From contig NZ_CP013213.1 of assembly GCF_001545095.1 (NCBI RefSeq), positions 1,320,001 through 1,352,000 of the forward strand: a DNA stretch of 32,000 nt. Reading direction: 5' to 3'. Of the stretch, positions 26,423-32,000 are shown one piece after another (the stretch's first letter is position 1; every line of letters begins with the position of its first letter). The DNA is from Erysipelothrix larvae (GTDB lineage: Bacteria; Bacillota_I; Bacilli_A; Erysipelotrichales; Erysipelotrichaceae). The translations under genes and the position numbers were made by a program. The notes beneath the pieces were generated by a model, which was not told where the DNA came from, did not search any database, and saw only the letters and a program-made list of their open reading frames with translations.

Positions 26423-27079
26423 TTACTTTAATTGGTCGAGGATTTTATCAAACATTGATGCATCCACTACTTCATTATGTCCAGATACAACCCACTTAAC
26501 ATCATAGCTTTGGTAGCGTTTGATTGATTGAACATAAATCTCTTGGGACGTTTCTAAATAGGGAATGCATTCCTCAACCGTATCTCCGATGTTATCCCCC
26601 ACATTTAAGATATGATCGAAGTGATCGTAGACATAAATATCATTGTCAGTATGTCCTGGGGCAAACCCTAATTCAATACCTGCCTCTTCAAAAATCAAGG
26701 TTTGATCAAATGTAAGATTTGGGTATTTTGGAATGACTGCACCCCGTGCATACGTTTTATGTGTTTCATAGTCATGGACCAAATCACTTTTTAAAACTTC
26801 AAGACATCGTTTATGGGATACAATCCACGCACTATCAATAAATGCATTCCCCCATACATGATCCCAATGTGCGTGCGAATTAATTAAGATGATTGGTTGA
26901 TTGTTTCCATATTCATGAATAATATGGTTTATATCCTGTGCTGTTTGTGCGCCAAGTCCACTATCAATCACAAAGATATAGGGCGGTGTGATGATGATAT
27001 GTATATTTAAATAGATGCCTTCAAAGACATCATCATACATGAGAACATGATGGCGGTTTGTTAAGATAAGATGGTTCAT
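26423..27079 (-). CDS. MBL-fold metallo-hydrolase
   Basis: 218 aa with the HAHWDH (HxHxDH) motif, plus the downstream GHTDND and SGHNE. Confidence 0.82.
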   Translation of the reverse strand: MNHLILTNRHHVLMYDDVFEGIYLNIHIIITPPYIFVIDSGLGAQTAQDINHIIHEYGNNQPIILINSHAHWDHVWGNAFIDSAWIVSHKRCLEVLKSDLVHDYETHKTYARGAVIPKYPNLTFDQTLIFEEAGIELGFAPGHTDNDIYVYDHFDHILNVGDNIGDTVEECIPYLETSQEIYVQSIKRYQSYDVKWVVSGHNEVVDASMFDKILDQLK

Positions 27080-27225
27080 GAGTGTGCTCCTTTACCTTTA
27101 TTCTATCATTTTTTTGCTGATTCTCAGAATATAGGTCATTTTCACAGAAATTTCACCAAATAAACTTTATTATAGGTATAAATAATGGTTATAATTACTT
27201 GACGTAATTAAAGGAGGAACAGTTT

Positions 27226-29850
27226 ATGATCTGGCATAATATGACAAAAGATGAAGTTGTTAAAGCATTGTCCGTCGATACTGAAAATGGTTTATCAAGA
27301 CCTGAAGTTGATATACGCTATGAAAAATATGGACCCAATGCATTTGAAGAAGCAAAAAAAGAATCACTATTTAGTAAAATATTACACCATTTAAAAGAGA
27401 TATCTACAATTATACTATTGGTGGCAGCTGGGATTGCGGGGTATATGGCAATCTATACTGGCGAAGGATGGGCAAAGGTTGTTGTTATCTTATCCATTGT
27501 CGTCATTAATATTGTATTAGGAATCACCCAAGAAAGTCGTTCTGAAAAAGCGCTTGAAGCTTTAAAGAATATGAACGCGCATAAAGCAAGTGTGATTCGT
27601 AATGGTGCATTTATTACACTTGACGCTACTGAAGTTGTTCCGGGTGATATTATTGAACTTCATACTGGAGACAGCATCCCTGCTGATGCACGTTTACTTG
27701 AGGCCAGCAGTCTTCAAGTTGAAGAAGCAGCATTAACTGGTGAAAGTGTTCCTTCAGAAAAAGACTCACATGCAATTATTGATGAGAGTGCACCAATTGG
27801 TGATCGCATCAACATGGTTTATTCAGGCTGTTTAGTTACGGGTGGTCGTGGTCGTGCTGTGATTACTGAAACGGGTATGAACACTGAAATGGGTAAGATT
27901 GCAAACCTATTGAATACAACTGGAAAACAATTGACACCGCTTCAAAAAAGACTTCAAACACTTGCGAAGTATCTATCACTTGTTGCAATTGGTGCTGGTG
28001 TTATTATCTTCTTTGTAGGTGCTGTGATTCATGGGGATTCTGTTGCAGATATGCTCCTGACTGCTATCTCACTATCCGTTGCGGCAGTTCCTGAAACACT
28101 TCCTGTAATTGTAACCCTAATTTTAGCGAATGGTGTTCAAAATATGGTGAAGAAGAATACAATCGTACGACGTATTCCTGCCGTTGAAACAGTTGGAAAC
28201 ACCAATGTGATTTGTTCTGATAAAACAGGAACGCTTACTCAAAATAAAATGTTTATTCAACGGTTATGGCATGCTGAGCTTGAACCAAATTCCGCAAGTC
28301 ATACCTTTGATAAAAAAGAACTTGAAATGTTGGAGTTATTGATTGCATGTACAAACGCACGCGTTGATACAGTAAACTTTAGCCATGACAATCCGATTAT
28401 AATTGGTGATCCAACTGAAGCATCTATCATTCGTCTCATGCTTGATAAAGGCATTGAACGCGAGTCGATTGATGAAATGTATCCGCGCATTCATGAATTA
28501 CCCTTTGATTCATCCCGCAAACTGATGACGACAGTTCATCAACTTGAGCATGGGTTTGTATCCATCACTAAAGGTGCCTTTGATCGTATTCCAGCAAACT
28601 TTACTGAAAGTTTGTCCGCTAAAGCACATGAAGTCCATGACTCATTTGCAAATCAAGCATTGCGTGTTATTGCCGTGGGTTATCGGTTTTGGAATCATTT
28701 ACCTGAACATCTTGATGCAGAAACCTTGGAAAACGACTTGAATTTTGTTGGATTGATTGGAATGATTGATCCCCCACGTCCTGAAAGCTCTCGTGCAGTT
28801 GCACATGCTAAAGAAGCAGGGATCAAGACAGTTATGATTACTGGTGACCATATTGGTACTGCATCAGCAATCGCGCGTGAAATCGGTATTTTAGAAGAAG
28901 GTGGGCGTGCAATCACCGGCGCACAACTTCTTGAGATGAGCGATGATGAATTACGCAATAATGTTAAAGACATTTCCGTTTATGCGCGTGTGAGTCCTGA
29001 AGATAAAATTCGGATTGTTCAAGCATGGCAATCTCATGAAATGGTGATTGCAATGACGGGTGATGGGGTTAACGATGCACCTGCCTTAAAAGCAGCAGAT
29101 GTTGGTGCTGCAATGGGTATTACGGGTACTGAAGTATCAAAAAGTGCTTCAGATATGATTATCACCGATGATAACTTCGCAACGATTGTTGATGCAATCT
29201 CTGAAGGACGTGCTGCTTATGACAACATTCGTAAGACCGTACACTTCTTACTCAGTGTAAACTTTGCGGAAATTATCGTCATGTTGATTGGGGTCTTAAT
29301 TGGTTGGGGAACCCCACTTACCTCCGTTCAACTGCTCTTTATTAACGTAGTTTCTGATGGAATCCCAGGATTCTTTATCTCACAAGAAAAAGCAGAAAAA
29401 GATGTTATGCAGCGCAAACCGCTATCTAAAAATGCAAGTATCTTCTCAAATAAACTCGGCATTCAAATTGCGATGAAATCATCTGTGTTTATCGTAATCA
29501 CATTGATTGGCTTCTATATTGGACGATTTGTTCAATTAACAGATACAACCCCTGCTACCTACGCAACAGGCATCACGATGGCGTTTATCGTCTTATCGTG
29601 GGCATCGGTGCTCAACATCTTTAATGTAAGAACAAAACAATCACTCTTTAAGTCATCGCTCTTTGAAAATCCATGGCTTACAGTCAGTGCCTTTGCATCC
29701 TTGTTGATTACAGTAATTGTCGCAACAGTACCCTTCTTACAACATGTATTCGTATTATCCCCAATTTCAATGTATCACTGGATGATTGCGATTGGACTTT
29801 CACTAGTACAACTTGTATTTGGCGAAATCTTTAAACTTTTAGGATATTGA
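27226..29850 (+). CDS. P2-type cation (Ca2+-like) transporting P-type ATPase
   Basis: 874 aa with LTGESVP, the phosphorylation site CSDKTGTLT, MITGDH, GDGVNDAPALK and VPETLPV in TM4. AGGAGG RBS 8 nt before the ATG. Confidence 0.9.
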   Translation: MIWHNMTKDEVVKALSVDTENGLSRPEVDIRYEKYGPNAFEEAKKESLFSKILHHLKEISTIILLVAAGIAGYMAIYTGEGWAKVVVILSIVVINIVLGITQESRSEKALEALKNMNAHKASVIRNGAFITLDATEVVPGDIIELHTGDSIPADARLLEASSLQVEEAALTGESVPSEKDSHAIIDESAPIGDRINMVYSGCLVTGGRGRAVITETGMNTEMGKIANLLNTTGKQLTPLQKRLQTLAKYLSLVAIGAGVIIFFVGAVIHGDSVADMLLTAISLSVAAVPETLPVIVTLILANGVQNMVKKNTIVRRIPAVETVGNTNVICSDKTGTLTQNKMFIQRLWHAELEPNSASHTFDKKELEMLELLIACTNARVDTVNFSHDNPIIIGDPTEASIIRLMLDKGIERESIDEMYPRIHELPFDSSRKLMTTVHQLEHGFVSITKGAFDRIPANFTESLSAKAHEVHDSFANQALRVIAVGYRFWNHLPEHLDAETLENDLNFVGLIGMIDPPRPESSRAVAHAKEAGIKTVMITGDHIGTASAIAREIGILEEGGRAITGAQLLEMSDDELRNNVKDISVYARVSPEDKIRIVQAWQSHEMVIAMTGDGVNDAPALKAADVGAAMGITGTEVSKSASDMIITDDNFATIVDAISEGRAAYDNIRKTVHFLLSVNFAEIIVMLIGVLIGWGTPLTSVQLLFINVVSDGIPGFFISQEKAEKDVMQRKPLSKNASIFSNKLGIQIAMKSSVFIVITLIGFYIGRFVQLTDTTPATYATGITMAFIVLSWASVLNIFNVRTKQSLFKSSLFENPWLTVSAFASLLITVIVATVPFLQHVFVLSPISMYHWMIAIGLSLVQLVFGEIFKLLGY

Positions 29851-29863
29851 GTTTAGTCAACAT

Positions 29864-29912
29864 GCTGTAATCCATTTAAGGTGTATTGCTTAAAGGATTA
29901 CAGCTTTTTATT
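29864..29912 (+). terminator. Rho-independent terminator after the P-type ATPase
   Basis: GCTGTAATCC (29864-29873) pairs with GGATTACAGC (29895-29904) around a 21-nt loop, followed by TTTTTATTT. Confidence 0.65.
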
Positions 29913-30001
29913 TAACAGTATGCCCATTTTAAAAACCCTGTAGTTTGTCTCAACAATTATATGGTGTATAATAAGTCTGCGATGCAATAGATGAGGTTAA
30001 T

Positions 30002-30562
30002 ATGAAAAACAGACTCGATGATGTGCTTGACAGAGCTTCCTTGCGATTATGGTTTGAAAGCTATCATACAGAAGAAACAGAATGCTGGGTAAGAACCAGT
30101 ATGAAACCAACGTCAGGAGCGCTTTACTATTTGGATGTTGTTGAAGAAGCGTTGTGTTTTGGATGGATTGATAGTACAAAAAAACGTATTGATGACGTTT
30201 CGTATCAGCGGTTATCACCACGAAGAAAAAATAGTTCTTGGACACAGCTTAACATTCAGCGCGTCCTAAGACTTCAAAGAATGGGGATGATGACAGCGTT
30301 TGGGTTATCTATTGTGCCACCTGAAGCACTTGATTTTAAGATTGATGCAGATATCTTGATGCGAATCAAAGAAGATCCGATTGTTTACGAAAACTTTCAA
30401 AACATGCATCCTCTTTATCAAAAAGTACGACTTGACACCATTCAAAGTGTAAGAAAAGACCCCGTTCATTTCAATAAACGGCTTGATCGTTTTATCGAAC
30501 AGACAAGAAACAACATAATGTATGGGCAGTGGAACGATAATGGTCGTCTTTTGGACGACTAA
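30002..30562 (+). CDS. YdeI/OmpD-associated (OmdA) family protein
   Basis: 186 aa. ...LRLWFESYHTEETECWV...EEALCFGWIDSTKKRIDDVSYQRLSPRRKNSSW matches my memory of the family signature. TTGTCT, 16-nt spacer, TATAAT lies upstream (about 29950-29977). Confidence 0.7.
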   Translation: MKNRLDDVLDRASLRLWFESYHTEETECWVRTSMKPTSGALYYLDVVEEALCFGWIDSTKKRIDDVSYQRLSPRRKNSSWTQLNIQRVLRLQRMGMMTAFGLSIVPPEALDFKIDADILMRIKEDPIVYENFQNMHPLYQKVRLDTIQSVRKDPVHFNKRLDRFIEQTRNNIMYGQWNDNGRLLDD

Positions 30563-30637
30563 TTCGAACACTCAATCAAAACACAAACATTAACCTACTG
30601 ATAAATCATGTGACATTTCTCTTTATGGTTCAACGTT

Positions 30638-30704
30638 TTAAAAAATACCACTATAATGTGAGAAGCAACCCTTTGCTTACAAACACTACAGTGGTATTTT
30701 TAAT
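30638..30704. terminator. Bidirectional terminator between convergent genes
   Basis: AAAAATACCACT (30641-30652) pairs with AGTGGTATTTTT (30690-30701). The pair encloses an inner hairpin AAGCAA-CCCT-TTGCTT. A/T runs on both sides. Confidence 0.55.
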
Positions 30705-30736
30705 GTGTTAAATAAGAATCAAATCTAAAAGAGCGA

Positions 30737-31084
30737 TCAAGCACTCAGTTTTACACCCGTTTCAACCATCGCCTTGATTAAGTCATACGGAAGTGGTTTA
30801 TCAAGTGGAAATTGAACGGAACCTTTTGCACTTTTATATTCCTTCAATTCATCCTTAAAGATTTCCATCACTTTAGCACCCGGATAAAATCCAATATGCT
30901 TCTTAAACGCTGCAAAGTGACAGACATTCTTTTTAAGTGCGAATGTCGGGATATTGTAGCCAATACGTTCTACAAAGTTCGCATTCACGCTGTTGATTTG
31001 CGCTCTGAGTTCTTGTAAGATTGGTCGAACTGCTTCATCGCTTAGCGCGATGTACTCATCAATCGATGAAAATTTATAAGACAT
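30737..31084 (-). CDS. DUF1801 (YdhG-like) domain protein
   Basis: 115 aa, MSYKFSSIDEYIALSDEAVRPILQELRAQI...HIGFYPG...GSVQFPLDKPLP. Confidence 0.75.
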   Translation of the reverse strand: MSYKFSSIDEYIALSDEAVRPILQELRAQINSVNANFVERIGYNIPTFALKKNVCHFAAFKKHIGFYPGAKVMEIFKDELKEYKSAKGSVQFPLDKPLPYDLIKAMVETGVKLSA

Positions 31085-31092
31085 ACTTCTCC

Positions 31093-32000
31093 TTAAGGTA
31101 AAATATTACCAGCTGCTTTATAAAGTTTATACCATTCTTCACGTGTAAGCACTATATTAGCGCCTTCAGCGATTTCTAATACGCGATGTGGGTTCATGGT
31201 TCCTGCTATCATTTGAATGCTTGCAGGGTGTCTTAATACCCATGCAGTTGCAATTGCGGTATTTGTGACATTGTATTTTAGTGCAAGTTCATCAAGAATT
31301 GCATTCACTTCTGGGAACTTTTCATTGCCGATATAAATGCCTTCAAAGTATCCGTAAATAAACGGTGACCAAGCTTGAAGGGTTATATCATGAAGTCTTG
31401 AGTACTCTAGGATTGCTCCATCACGATCAACTGCTGCTTCATTATAATTGTTGACATTAAAACCACTGTCAATCATTGAAGTATGCATAAGGCCAAATTG
31501 GACTTGGTTCATCAGTAAGGGTTGTGTTACTGTTTTTTTCAACATTTCGATTTGCATGGCGTTAAAATTACTCACACCAAAATGTTTAACTTTACCTGAA
31601 GCATACAGTTCGTTAAATGCTTCTGCTACTTCATCAAGATCCATCAATGTATCCGGACGATGTAACAAAAATGAATCTAAGTATCCAGTGTTTAACCGTT
31701 CTAAAGATTTGTCAACACTATTTAGGATATGTTCTTTTGAAAAATCAAACATGCCTAAGTCGGGACGAATGCCAGCTTTGGATTGAATCCATAGCGCATC
31801 GCGTGATACACCTAAGGCTTTGATGCTTTGTGCAAAGACTTCTTCCCCTTTACCACCACCATAAATATCTGCATGATCAAAGAAGTTCATGCCATGGTCT
31901 AAAGCATTTTGAATGACTTCATTCACAACTTCTAAGGGTTTGTCGCCCATTCTCATACATCCTAATATTACTGCAGGTACTTCTATCTCTGTATTGCCTA
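31093..32000 (-). CDS. Aldo/keto reductase (YdhF-like), N-terminus beyond window
   Basis: The frame stays open upstream of the track ATG: ...GNTEIEVPAVILGCMRMGDKP..., the typical AKR N-terminal region. Also FDHADIYGGG, LLHRPD, FGVSNF. Confidence 0.88.
   Translation of the reverse strand, partial: GNTEIEVPAVILGCMRMGDKPLEVVNEVIQNALDHGMNFFDHADIYGGGKGEEVFAQSIKALGVSRDALWIQSKAGIRPDLGMFDFSKEHILNSVDKSLERLNTGYLDSFLLHRPDTLMDLDEVAEAFNELYASGKVKHFGVSNFNAMQIEMLKKTVTQPLLMNQVQFGLMHTSMIDSGFNVNNYNEAAVDRDGAILEYSRLHDITLQAWSPFIYGYFEGIYIGNEKFPEVNAILDELALKYNVTNTAIATAWVLRHPASIQMIAGTMNPHRVLEIAEGANIVLTREEWYKLYKAAGNILP

Noticed and set aside
29997-30245. 82-aa minus-strand ORF, and an 88-aa ORF at 30305-30571, opposite the YdeI-family gene.
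   Set aside because: They are antisense to a CDS with a recognisable family signature and a good promoter. Neither has an RBS or recognisable similarity.
1-32000. A search for CRISPR arrays, rRNA/tRNA genes, toxin-antitoxin pairs and known defence-system genes.
   Set aside because: No regularly spaced repeats, no tRNA-like cloverleaf candidates in the intergenic gaps and no nuclease, helicase or methylase-type ORFs. Every gap longer than 100 bp is accounted for by promoters, leaders or terminators.

Overview
AT-rich, Firmicutes-type chromosomal segment; the gene content and r-protein sequences look Bacilli/Erysipelotrichia-like, but the lineage cannot be fixed without a database search. Positions 1-10.95 kb on the minus strand hold the S10-spc ribosomal protein cluster in canonical order (rpsJ-rplC-rplD-rplW-rplB-rpsS-rplV-rpsC-rplP-rpmC-rpsQ-rplN-rplX-rplE-rpsN-rpsH-rplF-rplR-rpsE-rplO-secY-adk). 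It is driven by a near-consensus sigma-A promoter with an A-tract UP element and a structured leader of about 120 nt. Three departures stand out: no rpmD (L30) between rpsE and rplO, a long non-zinc S14, and an Arg/Gly-rich C-terminal tail on S3. Positions 11.2-32 kb are housekeeping and accessory genes. They include an Ntdp/DUF402 phosphatase and a redox-flavoured group (GAF-type free Met-sulfoxide reductase, FMN reductase, MarR, GNAT, Tpx-like peroxiredoxin). Next comes metN-metI behind a clear T-box riboswitch, with no metQ. This is followed by a tightly overlapped arsenic operon in an unusual order (arsD-arsA-arsR-arsC-acr3) with a repeat-rich promoter/operator. Then come two aldo/keto reductases and a marR-ABC-ABC heterodimeric exporter operon with one degenerate ATP site and an insertion of about 170 aa between TM1 and TM2 of one subunit. 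The remaining genes are an MBL-fold hydrolase, a P2-type (Ca2+-like) P-type ATPase, a YdeI-family protein and a DUF1801 protein. I saw no rRNA, tRNA, CRISPR array, transposase, integrase or recognisable defence system. I did not find a convincingly new multi-gene system. The most unusual items are the ars operon layout and operator, the T-box with an ambiguous specifier register, the insertion-bearing ABC exporter and the rpsJ leader.
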